64,000 nucleotides of DNA from the NCBI RefSeq assembly GCF_050920415.1, contig NZ_CP169309.1; one strand, given 5' to 3'. The notes beneath the pieces were generated by a model. That model ran no database searches. It was not told the origin of the DNA and worked only from the letters and a program-made list of their open reading frames with translations. The stretch is from Escherichia coli. GTDB taxonomy: Bacteria; Pseudomonadota; Gammaproteobacteria; Enterobacterales; Enterobacteriaceae. The number at the start of each line of letters is the position of its first letter. Positions within the stretch are counted from its first letter, which is position 1. This document shows, one piece after another, positions 27,432 to 39,195 of this stretch. The translations under genes and the position numbers were made by a program.

Positions 27432-29902
27432 TGGCTATCAGTTGGATCCAGCCCAGCTTTGCCGGTGGTGAGATTGGACCGTCGTTGTACGGTCGTATCG
27501 ACATGGCGAAGTACCAGGTGGCATTGCGCAAGTGCGATAACTTTATCGTGCGGCAGTATGGCGGCGTTGAGAATCGACCTGGTACGCGTTTTGTCGGTGC
27601 CGCCAAATACCCAAATCGGAAATGCCGCCTGATCCCGTTCCAGTTCTCGACGGTTCAGACCTACGCTCTGGAGTTCGGACACCAGTACATGCGCGTTATC
27701 AAAGATGGTGCGTTGGTGCTGAACAGCAGCAATGTTATTTATGAAATTGCCACGCCATATACTGAAGCCGATCTGTTCCGAATTAAATTCACGCAAAGCG
27801 CCGACGTGCTTACGCTGGTTCACCCGGCATACCCGCCGAAAGAGTTGCGCCGCTATGCGCATGATAACTGGCAACTGGTTGATGTGGTAACGAAGAACGG
27901 GCCATTTGAAGATATCAATATTGACGAGTCAGTGACGGTTTATGCCAGCGCCAGCACCGGGACAATTACGTTAACGGCAAGCGCCTCTATTTTTGGCGCG
28001 GAGCAGGTAGGCAAATTGTTCTATCTGGAACAGCCTGCAGTGGATTCTGTGCCGGTATGGGAAACCAGTAAGAGTACGTCGATTGGCGATATTCGCCGTG
28101 CAGACAGTAACTACTATCGCGCCGTTACAGCAGGCAAAACAGGCACTTTGCGCCCTTCGCATACAGAAGGCACATCATGGGATGGCTGGGGCGGATCCGG
28201 TGATGATGATACCGGCATTGAGTGGGAGTATCTGCACAGTGGTTTTGGCATTGCCCGTATCTCTGCTGCAAATGGAACTACTGCAACTGCCGAGGTGATT
28301 TCCTATATCCCTTCGCAGGTCGTTGGCGAGGATAATGCCAGCTATAAATGGGCTAAATATGCCTGGAACAGTGTTAATGGTTATCCTGGCACTGTTGTTT
28401 ATTATCAACAACGTCTTTACTTCGCCGCATCGACTGCGTTCCCTCAGACTATCTGGGCCAGCCGTACTGGGGATTATAAGGATTTTGGCAAAAGCAATCC
28501 TACGCAGGATGATGACAGAATTATCTACACCTATGCCGGGCGTCAGGTTAATGAGATCCGTCACCTGATTGATGTAGGTTCGCTGGTGGCGCTGACTTCC
28601 GGAGGTGAGTACGTCATCACCGGCGACCAGAACAAAGTGTTAACCCCATCATCATTTGCATTTAGCTCTCAGGGATCAAATGGCTCAAGCAACGTCCCAC
28701 CAATTGCTGTGGCGAATATTGCTCTGTTCGTCCAGGAGAAAGGCAGTGTTGTCCGTGATCTGGCCTACTCATTCGATGTTGACGGCTATCAGGGGAACGA
28801 CCTTACTATCCTTGCCAATCATCTTTTTCAGAAGCACAGCATTGTTGACTGGTGCTTCTCTATTGTCCCTTACTCCAGCGCCTTCTGCATTCGTGATGAC
28901 GGTAAATTACTGGTGATGACCTATTTGCGTGATCAACAGGTTTTTGCATGGGCACCACAGTCCAGTACCGGAAAATATGAAAGCACATGCAGTATCAGCG
29001 AAGGAAATGAAGATGCGGTGTATTTCGTCGTTAACCGAACCGTTAACGGGCAAACAGTGAGATACATCGAGCGGCTGTCCAGCCGTTTATTTACCAGCGA
29101 TGAAGATGCTTTCTTTGTTGATTCTGGCCTTAGCTATGATGGAAGAAATACGTCTGACAGAACGATGACCATCACTGGTGGTTCTGGTGAATGGGATTAC
29201 CGCGTGGAATATACAATCAGTATTTCTGGTGGTGCGTACTTCACCAGTAGTGATGTCGGTGCGCAACTACAATTCCCTTATACCGGAACTGATCCTGATA
29301 CTGGCGATGAAGTGTCAAAAGAATTACGTTGCGACATTATTTCTGTAACCAGCAATACCGCTGTAGTGGTTCGTGCTAACAGGAACGTCCCGCCATCCCT
29401 CAGGAATGTGGCCACCACGAACTGGCAGATGGCGCGCCGGACATTTGGAGGCCTGTCTCATCTTGAAGGCCAGACCGTAAACATTCTCTCTGATGCGAAC
29501 GTGGAACCACAGAAAGTGGTTTCCGGAGGTGCCGTCACGCTGGAATCTCCGGGGGCTGTAGTGCACATCGGCCTGCCAATAACTGCTGAATTCGAAACAC
29601 TGGATATCAACATTAACGGACAGGAAACGCTGCTGGACAAAAAACAGGTGATCCCATCCGTTACTCTGGTTGTGAATGCCAGCCGCGGCATCTGGGCGAC
29701 TACGCCCGGCGGTAAATGGTACGAATATCCACAGCGTGAATTCGAGTTCTACGATGATCCTGTTGATGATGCTACCGGAAAAGTAGAAGTGAAACTGGAC
29801 AGTAACTGGGGCAAAAACGGACGTGTAAAAATCCGTCAGCTTGATCCGTTGCCGCTGTCTGTTCTTGCCGTTATTCCTCGCCTTACTGTTGGGGGATTCT
29901 GA
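27431..29902 (+). CDS. tail tubular protein B (T7 gp12-like)
   Basis: 823 aa; N-terminal pattern similar to T7 gp12. Confidence 0.65.
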   Translation: MAISWIQPSFAGGEIGPSLYGRIDMAKYQVALRKCDNFIVRQYGGVENRPGTRFVGAAKYPNRKCRLIPFQFSTVQTYALEFGHQYMRVIKDGALVLNSSNVIYEIATPYTEADLFRIKFTQSADVLTLVHPAYPPKELRRYAHDNWQLVDVVTKNGPFEDINIDESVTVYASASTGTITLTASASIFGAEQVGKLFYLEQPAVDSVPVWETSKSTSIGDIRRADSNYYRAVTAGKTGTLRPSHTEGTSWDGWGGSGDDDTGIEWEYLHSGFGIARISAANGTTATAEVISYIPSQVVGEDNASYKWAKYAWNSVNGYPGTVVYYQQRLYFAASTAFPQTIWASRTGDYKDFGKSNPTQDDDRIIYTYAGRQVNEIRHLIDVGSLVALTSGGEYVITGDQNKVLTPSSFAFSSQGSNGSSNVPPIAVANIALFVQEKGSVVRDLAYSFDVDGYQGNDLTILANHLFQKHSIVDWCFSIVPYSSAFCIRDDGKLLVMTYLRDQQVFAWAPQSSTGKYESTCSISEGNEDAVYFVVNRTVNGQTVRYIERLSSRLFTSDEDAFFVDSGLSYDGRNTSDRTMTITGGSGEWDYRVEYTISISGGAYFTSSDVGAQLQFPYTGTDPDTGDEVSKELRCDIISVTSNTAVVVRANRNVPPSLRNVATTNWQMARRTFGGLSHLEGQTVNILSDANVEPQKVVSGGAVTLESPGAVVHIGLPITAEFETLDININGQETLLDKKQVIPSVTLVVNASRGIWATTPGGKWYEYPQREFEFYDDPVDDATGKVEVKLDSNWGKNGRVKIRQLDPLPLSVLAVIPRLTVGGF

Positions 29903-30366
29903 TGATTGGTGTTCAAATTATTCCCGCAACCGAAGAGCATCTTCAGATGATTTTGCCGGATGTTCGTCAGGCTGATATTGACGAACTGTATGCGGTATCG
30001 CTGATGACTACCGAAGATGCGCTGCGTGTTGGTCTGCGCACTGCGACTATGGCCTGGTCAGGGTTCGCGAACGGAGAACTGGTAACCATGTTTGGTGTAT
30101 CTCCGGCGTCAATGATCGGTGGCAATGGTACGCCCTGGCTGGTCGGGACCAGCCGTATTGAAAAATATCAGAAGACATTTCTTCGCCACTGCCACCCTGT
30201 ATTGCGGCAGATGCTGGCAGTTTATCCGCGCCTGGAAAACTACGTCGACGAGCGAAACCATGTTGCCAAAGCATGGCTCCACTGGCTTGGATTCAGGCTT
30301 GAAGAAGCCGCGCCTTATGGTGCTCTTGGTCTTAATTTCCACAGATTTCACATGGAGAGAAAATAA
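29902..30366 (+). CDS. internal virion protein (gp13-like position)
   Basis: 154 aa; overlapping stop/start chain. Confidence 0.45.
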   Translation: MIGVQIIPATEEHLQMILPDVRQADIDELYAVSLMTTEDALRVGLRTATMAWSGFANGELVTMFGVSPASMIGGNGTPWLVGTSRIEKYQKTFLRHCHPVLRQMLAVYPRLENYVDERNHVAKAWLHWLGFRLEEAAPYGALGLNFHRFHMERK

Positions 30367-30911
30367 TGTGCGATCCGGTTATTGCTGGTGGCGCAATGCT
30401 CGCCATGAGTGGCATTCAGGCATACACCCAGTACCAACAGGGAAAGTATGCCTCGAAGGTTGCAGAAGCGAACGCAGATATAGCCACAGCTCAGGCAAAT
30501 GATGCAATAAATAGGGGTAACGCTGAAGCTGAGCAACGGCGCAGAGAGACCCGACAGCGGCTTGGTACACAGGCGGCGACAATGGGGGCGACCGGCGCCG
30601 ATTTATCTACAGGTAACGCGCTGGATATATTTGGTGACACTGCTCAGTTTGGCGCCCTTGATTCGCTGACGACGGTGAATAACGCGCAACGCGAGGCTTA
30701 CGGTTATCAGGTTCAGGCTGCTAACTATAAAGCAGAAGCCAGTTCAGCCCGTAAACAGGGGAATGTGGGAGCAGCAACAACATTGCTCACTGCGCCTCTG
30801 AAGGCATACGGTGCGTACCAGATGTTTGGTGGGACGTGGAGTCCGTTTACTCAAAGCACTCCTGCGCCAATCGGGGCAGCAGCAGGAACCAGATTACCTG
30901 GAGGATTATAA
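30366..30911 (+). CDS. internal virion protein (gp14-like position)
   Basis: 181 aa Ala/Gln-rich. Confidence 0.45.
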   Translation: MCDPVIAGGAMLAMSGIQAYTQYQQGKYASKVAEANADIATAQANDAINRGNAEAEQRRRETRQRLGTQAATMGATGADLSTGNALDIFGDTAQFGALDSLTTVNNAQREAYGYQVQAANYKAEASSARKQGNVGAATTLLTAPLKAYGAYQMFGGTWSPFTQSTPAPIGAAAGTRLPGGL

Positions 30912-33424
30912 TGCCAGTCGTACCAACAGTATCCGGACGTCAGGTTGAGAGCCGTGGAGTTCAGTCAGCAGGCTTGCAGACGTTTTCTCAGCCAGGTATT
31001 GGTGATGCTTTTGTTCGGGCAGGGGCAGAGACAATTGATGTTTTTGGTCAGGCAAAACAGCGTGCCAATATCGCTCTGGCTCAGGAGGCATCCCTTAAAC
31101 TCAGTCAGACAGGCAGCGATCTGCTGAATAACCCTGAAACAGGTTTGCTTAACCTGAAAGGGAAAAATGCTATTGGAAAAGGTCAGGAGTATACGCAGCA
31201 GTTTGATGCTCAGATCGAACAACTGGCTATGTCGCTGCCGGATGAACAGGCTCGTAATGCTTTCATGCAGCAGGCGCAGCAGCAGCGTATTCAGTTCACT
31301 ACGCAGGCCGGGCGGCACGAGATAGGGCAAATAAATGCCTACGAAGAAGGTCAGTTTCAGGCGACGCTGCTGAACAATGGTAAAAATGCCGCAGCATTGT
31401 ATGGCGACAATGCCGCATACGTATTGGCTAATAAGCAAACTTTCCAGCAAATTGAGGAGTACGGTGCTGCACATGGCTGGAGCGACGAGCAAATACAGGC
31501 CAAGAAAATCGAGTTTAAAGAGAAGGTTGCTGATGCAGCATTGTCCCAGTGGTCGGCAAACAATGCGATCTCATTTATCCAAAGTAATGGCGAGTTAAGC
31601 GATACTGCTGCTGGAGCTCGCCGTGCTGTAGCAGATAGTGACTCTTCCGAGCGTGCCCGTGGCATACGCAACAATAACCCAGGAAATCTCGAATACAGCA
31701 AAACTAATCCGTGGGTAGGCCAGACCGGTGATGATGGTCGATTTGCTAAATTCGAAACACCTGAACACGGGATTCGTGCATTAGGGCGGAACCTGATGTC
31801 GTATCAGAGGCAGGGTATTGATACCGTCAGCGAGATAATTAATCGCTGGGCACCGCCTACTGATAAAAATGACACTATGTCGTATATCAAAGCAGTGTGC
31901 GAACAACTTGGCGTTTCTGCTGATGAGCCTCTCGATGCATCTAATCCTGATACCCTGAAGGCGCTTTGTGCAGCCATTATCCATCATGAGAACGGTAGCC
32001 AGCCATACAGTGATCAGCAGTTAACTGCTGGTGTCAGTGCAGCACTTGGTTTATCAACAATTCCAACCAACACCAAACGCTATACCGGTAATGCAGCATT
32101 CGATGCGGCATCTCCTGAGGCGCAGGCAAGTTTTATGCGACAGGCGGATCAACTGCGTCGGCAGCAGCAGGCTGAATATAAAACGATGATTGACAGCCAG
32201 GTTCGCGATGCGACAGCTGCGTATATGCGTGGCGTTGAATTTCCTAACCCACCTGGTGAGGCTGATTTTATTGCAGCTTATGGAGTCAGAGAAGGAAAAC
32301 TGCGATATACCGAGTTCAGAAATACGCAAATCGCCGGACAGTATATAGGCTCTTTCCGCAACATGCCGACAAGCAGCATTACAGCATATGTTGAGCAATT
32401 ACGCCCGGATACTGGTGAGACAGGGGAGGGTTATGCGGCACGAGCCGCTCTTTATGACAACGTTGTGTCGGCTGCAAGTCAGGTGATAAAGCAGCGACAG
32501 GCTGATCCTGTACAGTTCTCTCTTGCCGCCGGACAGGCAAAGCCTATCGACATGAGCAATAAGGATAACTTTGGACAGAGCGTTGCCTTGCGTGCTGCTC
32601 AGGTCAGTGACCTTGCTAAGTCATATGGCACTCCACTGACGTTCTTTTCCAAAGACGAGGCCAATCAGATCGGTGTTTTCTTTCGTGATGCGCCCGTTTC
32701 CCAACAGGCAGCATATCTCGATACCATCAGGCAGAGCACTGGTGGTGGGCAGGTGTATATGTCAGCACTACAGCAGATCAGTGCCAACGCTCCATCTGCT
32801 GCCGTTGCCGGGATACTGATGGATAAGCCAGGTGGTATTTTGGCAGAAAAAAACTGGTTTAATCCGGATGTTTCCGTGTCTCCTGAAACCGCTGCGCAGA
32901 CAATTCTTGCTGGCGCGGCGGCTCGTAAAGGTACTGATGACGCGAAAGGTATTCCGATGCCTAAAGATGCTGATCTCCGCCTTGAGTTTTCTGACATGGT
33001 GAAGGATGCATTTGCTGGTGATGCTCAGGGGGCATCAATGGCATACGAGATCGCAAAGGACTATTACGCTGGTGTGATGGCGAAAAAAGGCGTGGTATCA
33101 GGCGAAATTGACAATGATATCTGGAAACAGGCTGTTAACGTAGCTACAGGTGGCGTGCATGACTATAACGGAATGGGGAATGTTCTTTTGCCGTGGGGAA
33201 TGTCTGCAGAGCAATTCGATAAGCAGGTTAATCAGGCTTGGAATGAACAAGTTGTTGGCACAGGGATAAAAACACCGCCTGGTCAGTATGGTTTGCAAAG
33301 TTACGGCGATAGTCAGTACCTGGTGAAACTTGGTACTGGTTATCTGCTAAAAGATGATGGTTCTCCCGTTGTTCTTGATCTGACACAGAAGCGTCAGAGA
33401 TTCTCCGGAGATATTCCGCAATGA
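30911..33424 (+). CDS. internal virion/ejection protein with candidate cell-wall hydrolase motif
   Basis: 837 aa; GIRNNNPGNLEY...GRFAKFETPEHGIRALGRNL segment. Confidence 0.55.
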   Translation: MPVVPTVSGRQVESRGVQSAGLQTFSQPGIGDAFVRAGAETIDVFGQAKQRANIALAQEASLKLSQTGSDLLNNPETGLLNLKGKNAIGKGQEYTQQFDAQIEQLAMSLPDEQARNAFMQQAQQQRIQFTTQAGRHEIGQINAYEEGQFQATLLNNGKNAAALYGDNAAYVLANKQTFQQIEEYGAAHGWSDEQIQAKKIEFKEKVADAALSQWSANNAISFIQSNGELSDTAAGARRAVADSDSSERARGIRNNNPGNLEYSKTNPWVGQTGDDGRFAKFETPEHGIRALGRNLMSYQRQGIDTVSEIINRWAPPTDKNDTMSYIKAVCEQLGVSADEPLDASNPDTLKALCAAIIHHENGSQPYSDQQLTAGVSAALGLSTIPTNTKRYTGNAAFDAASPEAQASFMRQADQLRRQQQAEYKTMIDSQVRDATAAYMRGVEFPNPPGEADFIAAYGVREGKLRYTEFRNTQIAGQYIGSFRNMPTSSITAYVEQLRPDTGETGEGYAARAALYDNVVSAASQVIKQRQADPVQFSLAAGQAKPIDMSNKDNFGQSVALRAAQVSDLAKSYGTPLTFFSKDEANQIGVFFRDAPVSQQAAYLDTIRQSTGGGQVYMSALQQISANAPSAAVAGILMDKPGGILAEKNWFNPDVSVSPETAAQTILAGAAARKGTDDAKGIPMPKDADLRLEFSDMVKDAFAGDAQGASMAYEIAKDYYAGVMAKKGVVSGEIDNDIWKQAVNVATGGVHDYNGMGNVLLPWGMSAEQFDKQVNQAWNEQVVGTGIKTPPGQYGLQSYGDSQYLVKLGTGYLLKDDGSPVVLDLTQKRQRFSGDIPQ

Positions 33425-35223
33425 GTTACTTTGGCCTTAATCCAGTAAACCAGAATCAGCAGCTTGACGAAGCAGCATCAAATCCAGCTGGCTTTAACAG
33501 CGATGTTGGTTTTTTCGACAATGCTGTAGGAGCGGCATTGTCTGGTTTGTACTCCGGGCTGGTGGCAAAGCCAGATCAGTTGCTCTGGGCAGGGATGGAT
33601 AAAATCGTATCCCCGATTGCTCAGTTTGTTAACGAAAACACCTCGCTCAATGACACTTCAGTTTCATACATTGCCGAGCAGAGAAAACTAGCAGAGCAGC
33701 AGGTTAAGCGGCTGACGCCTGATGCCGCGACAACCGGAACCGCCGGGCAGGTTCTTTATGGGTTGTTCGATATGGGCGGGCAGGCTGTTATCGGTACAAC
33801 GCTCGGTGGTCCGGCCGGAGGTGCTGCGGCGGTAACTTCGCTACAGGGTTTTTCTGAGTTTGAACGGCTGACAGCACAGGGTGTTGATTTCAGGACGGCG
33901 CAGGAAGCGGGATTAGTGCAGGGTATTACTGCTGGTGCCGGAACAATGATCCCTATGAGCCTCGGGTTACGTGCTGGTGGTGCGCTGGCGGAAGGTGTGG
34001 CGGCTCAGCTTGCGCGGACGGGTGAAAGTTCAGTGCGACGCGCCGCAGCAACAGCAGTAAGTGCAACGCCAGATATTGCCTATGCCGCAGGTACAAATAT
34101 TGCGTTCGGTATGGCACAGCGTGGGCTTACTGCAAAAACGCTTCGTGATGGTGGCTATAGCGAAATGGCTAACCAGTATGATGTGTTGGATCGACAGGCA
34201 ATTGCTATTGATGCTGTTCTTGGGGTGGCGTTTGGTGGTGTCGGCAGATTTATTAACTCTCGCGGCGAGTCTACAAGCGCACCAAATTTTTCACCAGTTG
34301 ATATTGATGCTGCACTGGCGGCGAATGCCGCTCATCATGCTGAAATTGATATTGCGCCCGGCGTGCCGATCAACGTGCTTTCGCGCAATTCTCACATTCA
34401 GGCTCTGCGAAAAGCTATGTCTGATGTTAGCCAGGGGAGACCTGTAGACGTTGCCAGCATTGTTGAGTCTGCATCTTTCAGTGAAATTCCTGGGCGCAAG
34501 AGTCTGCTGTCTCAGGCAGTTAATGAGGCTCTGTCATCTGTAGATGATGGAGTAACGGCGCGCGCTATAGAAAATCGGTTGCTTGAAGAACAGGCCGCGC
34601 AGCTTTTGCCGCGTGGAGATAGACAGGTTTACCAGTCTGAAATCGCTAATAGCCAACGAATTATTGAAAATCTCACTGAACAGCGTGCACAAATTCTTGC
34701 AGAAGAGCCAACCGGTAGCGGTAAAGCTTTGTCTCGTGCTCGATCAGATAAACAGGCCAGACTTCGTGATATTGATCAACGAATCCGGCAGGCACAAGAA
34801 CGCCTGGAATTTTCCCGTAACGCGTTGGCACCGCACGAGCCTGGAGGTCAGTTTTTTGAAGCTCGAGCAGAACTGGCACGGCGACAGCAGGCAGAAAGTG
34901 AACTTAATGCTCAGGCTGTTTCATTCTATAAAACAGCAGAGGTCAGGACGCCAGACGAAGTAGCTCCTTTTGAGCCCGGTAAGATATTGCAACAGACAGA
35001 ACAAAAAATGATGGCAGATCCGGCAGGAGATATTGATCTGCGTATAGCTGAAGACTCGCTGCTTGAATCACCTGACATGATAATCACCGTGCTGGATGAT
35101 GATGGTAATCCACAATCGCGCAGTGCGCGTGAAGTACTGGATGAAGCTAACAGGGAAAGTGAGCAGGCAATACAGGATTCCAGCCTGTTTGATGTTGCTG
35201 TGGCGTGTTTCTTGAGAGGTTAA
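33421..35223 (+). CDS. internal virion/ejection protein
   Basis: 600 aa, Ala/Gly-rich, overlaps flanking genes. Confidence 0.55.
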   Translation: MSYFGLNPVNQNQQLDEAASNPAGFNSDVGFFDNAVGAALSGLYSGLVAKPDQLLWAGMDKIVSPIAQFVNENTSLNDTSVSYIAEQRKLAEQQVKRLTPDAATTGTAGQVLYGLFDMGGQAVIGTTLGGPAGGAAAVTSLQGFSEFERLTAQGVDFRTAQEAGLVQGITAGAGTMIPMSLGLRAGGALAEGVAAQLARTGESSVRRAAATAVSATPDIAYAAGTNIAFGMAQRGLTAKTLRDGGYSEMANQYDVLDRQAIAIDAVLGVAFGGVGRFINSRGESTSAPNFSPVDIDAALAANAAHHAEIDIAPGVPINVLSRNSHIQALRKAMSDVSQGRPVDVASIVESASFSEIPGRKSLLSQAVNEALSSVDDGVTARAIENRLLEEQAAQLLPRGDRQVYQSEIANSQRIIENLTEQRAQILAEEPTGSGKALSRARSDKQARLRDIDQRIRQAQERLEFSRNALAPHEPGGQFFEARAELARRQQAESELNAQAVSFYKTAEVRTPDEVAPFEPGKILQQTEQKMMADPAGDIDLRIAEDSLLESPDMIITVLDDDGNPQSRSAREVLDEANRESEQAIQDSSLFDVAVACFLRG

Positions 35224-35786
35224 ATTAAATGAGACAGGAATGTATACAAGCGGTCCAGCAGGCGGCGCAGCGCACGTTAACGGCGCGAGAAATACAGAAC
35301 ATTGAAGACCGCATTTATCGCAATATGCGCTCCATTGCTCGTGATGACCCTATGTCGTGGCGACAACTTTCCGAGTCAGAGCGGCTGTATCGTGCAGCAC
35401 AATTGGCATCTGAAGAATTACAGCGAGAAGCGGCATTAAAGAAACGTCGTGTGGCTCTCACTATAGCTGCACGTCAGAGATTGGATAAATTTATCAATAG
35501 CTATCAAGGGGCTGATGGGAAACTTGGCGCTCTTAACCGTACTATAGCTTTTAATGCAGACGGTAAATCTAATTTCCTCTCTGTTGAATCCAGAACAAAA
35601 GCCACCCGTGATTATGCATTGAGTCAATTGCAGGAGGCATTCGAAGCAGTTGATCCTCGCTTTTTTGGTCTGTTTGAAGATGAAGCGGGCGTACGTAGAC
35701 TGGCCCCCTGAATCTCCAGACAACCAGTATCACTTAAATAAGTGATAGTCTTAATACTAGTTTTTAGACTAGTCATTGGAGAACAG

Positions 35787-36152
35787 ATGATTGATGTCTT
35801 AGGGCCGGAGAAACGCAGACGGCGTACCACACAGGAAAAGATCGCAATTGTTCAGCAGAGCTTTGAACCGGGGATGACGGTCTCCCTCGTTGCCCGGCAA
35901 CATGGTGTAGCAGCCAGCCAGTTATTTCTCTGGCGTAAGCAATACCAGGAAGGAAGTCTTACTGCTGTCGCCGCCGGAGAACAGGTTGTTCCTGCCTCTG
36001 AACTTGCTGCCGCCATGAAGCAGATTAAAGAACTCCAGCGCCTGCTCGGCAAGAAAACGATGGAAAATGAACTCCTCAAAGAAGCCGTTGAATATGGACG
36101 GGCAAAAAAGTGGATAGCGCACGCGCCCTTATTGCCCGGGGATGGGGAGTAA
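35787..36152 (+). CDS. insC: IS2 transposase OrfA
   Basis: [26 protein letters not shown]... matches recalled InsC. Confidence 0.9.
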
Positions 36153-37015
36153 GCTTAGTCAGCCGTTGTCTCCGGGTGTCGCGTGCGCAGTTGCACGTCA
36201 TTCTCAGACGAACCGATGACTGGATGGATGGCCGCCGCAGTCGTCACACTGATGATACGGATGTGCTTCTCCGTATACACCATGTTATCGGAGAGCTGCC
36301 CACGTATGGTTATCGTCGGGTATGGGCGCTGCTTCGCAGACAGGCAGAACTTGATGGTATGCCTGCGATCAATGCCAAACGTGTTTACCGGATCATGCGC
36401 CAGAATGCGCTGTTGCTTGAGCGAAAACCTGCTGTACCGCCATCGAAACGGGCACATACAGGCAGAGTGGCCGTGAAAGAAAGCAATCAGCGATGGTGCT
36501 CTGACGGGTTCGAGTTCTGCTGTGATAACGGAGAGAGACTGCGTGTCACGTTCGCGCTGGACTGCTGTGATCGTGAGGCACTGCACTGGGCGGTGACTAC
36601 TGGCGGCTTCAACAGTGAAACAGTACAGGACGTCATGCTGGGAGCGGTGGAACGCCGCTTCGGCAACGATCTTCCGTCGTCTCCAGTGGAGTGGCTGACG
36701 GATAATGGTTCATGCTACCGGGCTAATGAAACACGCCAGTTCGCCCGGATGTTGGGACTTGAACCGAAGAACACGGCGGTGCGGAGTCCGGAGAGTAACG
36801 GAATAGCAGAGAGCTTCGTGAAAACGATAAAGCGTGACTACATCAGTATCATGCCCAAACCAGACGGGTTAACGGCAGCAAAGAACCTTGCAGAGGCGTT
36901 CGAGCATTATAACGAATGGCATCCGCATAGTGCGCTGGGTTATCGCTCGCCACGGGAATATCTGCGGCAGCGGGCTTGTAATGGGTTAAGTGATAACAGA
37001 TGTCTGGAAATATAG
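36110..37015 (+). CDS. insD: IS2 transposase OrfB
   Basis: 301-aa ORF, DDE catalytic domain; matches recalled InsD. Confidence 0.9.
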
Positions 37016-39048
37016 GGGCAAATCCAGTACGTGACCTGGTATATGAAATGCGGGGGCAAAATACTGGCAATGCTAAAGCAAGAAAAGGTGCTAAGGCGTG
37101 GAGAGAAGTTACAGAGCTGCTGCGCCGCCGGTTTAATGATGCTGGTGGGGACATTGGCTATCTCGAAAACTGGGGGATCCCTCAACATCATTCTATGGAA
37201 AAGGTTGGGGCGGTATCAAAGGATAAGTGGGTTAGCGATGTTATAGGTAAGCTGGATCGCAAATATTATATCCGAGCCGATGGACAACTGATGAACGATG
37301 CCGAGTTGTCTGCATTTCTTGGAGAGGCTTATAACACGATCGCTACTGGTGGGCTGAATAAGCTTACTGATACCGGAATGCGAATTTCCGGCGCACGTGC
37401 TAACCGTGGTAATGCATCACGACAGATACATTTCAAAGATGCAGATTCCTATCTGCAATATCAGCAACTTTATGGCGATCGCTCTCTATGGGAAATCATG
37501 GTCGGTCACCTGGAAGGTATCAGTAAAGATATTGCACTGGTGGAAACATATGGCCCAAACCCCGATCATGTTTTCCGCTCTCTTCTTGATCAGGTGAAGG
37601 CAGAAACGGCAACAGCTAACCCGAGTAAAACCGGTAAAGTCGAGCGGCTGGCGAACAACACAGAGAATCTGTACAACTTTATTTCCGGAAAGACACAGCC
37701 TGTAGCAAATCCGCACATCGCGCGATGGTCTGACAATATCCGCAACTGGCTGGTTGCCAGCAGACTCGGATCCGCGTTGCTGTCATCGTTCTCTGATCTT
37801 GGAACCATGTATCTGTCTGCGAAGGTGACCAACCTTCCAATGAACCAGTTATTCCGCAACCAGCTTGAAGCTATGGACCCAACGAACCGTACTGAGCTTG
37901 CGCGGGCGCGCCGCGCTGGTCTGGCGATGGAATCTCTACTTGGCAGCGTTAACCGCTGGGCGATGGATAATATGGGGCCGTCAGTGTCTCGTTGGGCTGC
38001 AACGGCGGTAATGCGTGCCAGTGGGCTTACAGCATGGTCAGATGCGCACAAGCGCGCCTATGGCGTAACCATGATGGGAAGCCTGGGAGAAGTAGTGTCA
38101 CGGACACCAGACCTTCGTAGCCTCGATGACTCTGATTTTCGTATCCTGAAAAGCAAAGGGATTACTGACACAGACTGGAGCGTATGGAAGCTGGCGCAAC
38201 AGGAGGACTGGGGGAACGGTAATAATACGATGCTGACACCGGAAAGCATTATGCGTATCCCTGATTCAGCAGTTAAACATCTTGGTGAGCCTGAACGCGT
38301 GAAATTTGAGGCAATGCGTAAACTGCTCGGTGCCGTAACTGAAGAAGTTGATATGGCTGTTATTACACCGGGAGCACGTGAGCAACTGATAACCGGTTCT
38401 GGTATTCAGCGTGGAACATGGAAAGGTGAATTAACGAGAAGTGTTTTCCTGTTTAAATCGTTCCCTATCTCGGTGGTTATGCGTCACTGGTCACGCGCTA
38501 TGGGTATGCCGTCTGCTGGTGGGCGTGCGGCATATATTGCGACGTTTATTGCCAGCACGACCATTCTTGGCGCTTTGTCTCAGCAACTTAACGACCTTGC
38601 GTCTGGTCGTAATCATCGCGAGATGACAGGAGAAGATGCTGCTAAATTTTGGCTTGGTGCTCTACTGAAAGGTGGTGGTCTTGGCCTTTACGGTGACTTT
38701 TTATTGTCAGATCACACTAGGTACGGAAGCGGCGCGCTGGCGTCGATGCTTGGCCCGGTAGCTGGTCTGGTTGATGACGTAGTGAAGATTGCTCAGGGCA
38801 TACCGTTAAATGCTGTGGAAGGGAAGAATGAGCAGACTGGTGGTGATCTGGTTAAGCTGGGGAAGGGGCTGATGCCAGGTGCGAATCTCTGGTACTTGAA
38901 GGCGGCTCTCGATCACATGATCTTTAACCAGATGCAGGAGTATTTTTCACCAGGCTATTTGCGTAAAATGGAGCAACGTTCGAAGAAAGAGTTTAACCAG
39001 ACATACTGGTGGCGACCACAGGATGTCACTCCGCAATAAGGATGAGAA

Positions 39049-39189
39049 ATGATTGCTTTTATTCTTGTTGTGTTTGCGCTTGTTGCACTTGGCGTTATGA
39101 ACCGTAAATGTATCATTGACGATGGCGAATTTGCTGTTGCAGTTATTTTGATATTATCTGGTGTAGCAGGATACATAGGCTTGTCATAA
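39049..39189 (+). CDS. small hydrophobic membrane protein (46 aa)
   Basis: MIAFILVVFALVALGV...; AAGGATGAG RBS; not in ORF track. Confidence 0.3.
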   Translation: MIAFILVVFALVALGVMNRKCIIDDGEFAVAVILILSGVAGYIGLS

Positions 39190-39195
39190 CGTGAG

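Larger units (their letters stand above)
35696..37026 (+). mobile_element. IS2 (1331 bp) with 5-bp target duplication GTACG
   Basis: Ends TAGACTGGCCCCCTGAATCTCCAGACAACC... and ...GGGGCAAATCCA; GTACG at 35691-35695 and 37027-37031. Confidence 0.9.
35229..39039 (+). pseudogene. internal virion/ejection protein gene split by IS2 (fragments 35229-35695 and 37027-39039 are in frame once IS2 + one TSD copy are removed)
   Basis: ...FEDEAGVR | IS2 | (VR)DLVYEMRGQ...; frame arithmetic checked. Confidence 0.75.
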
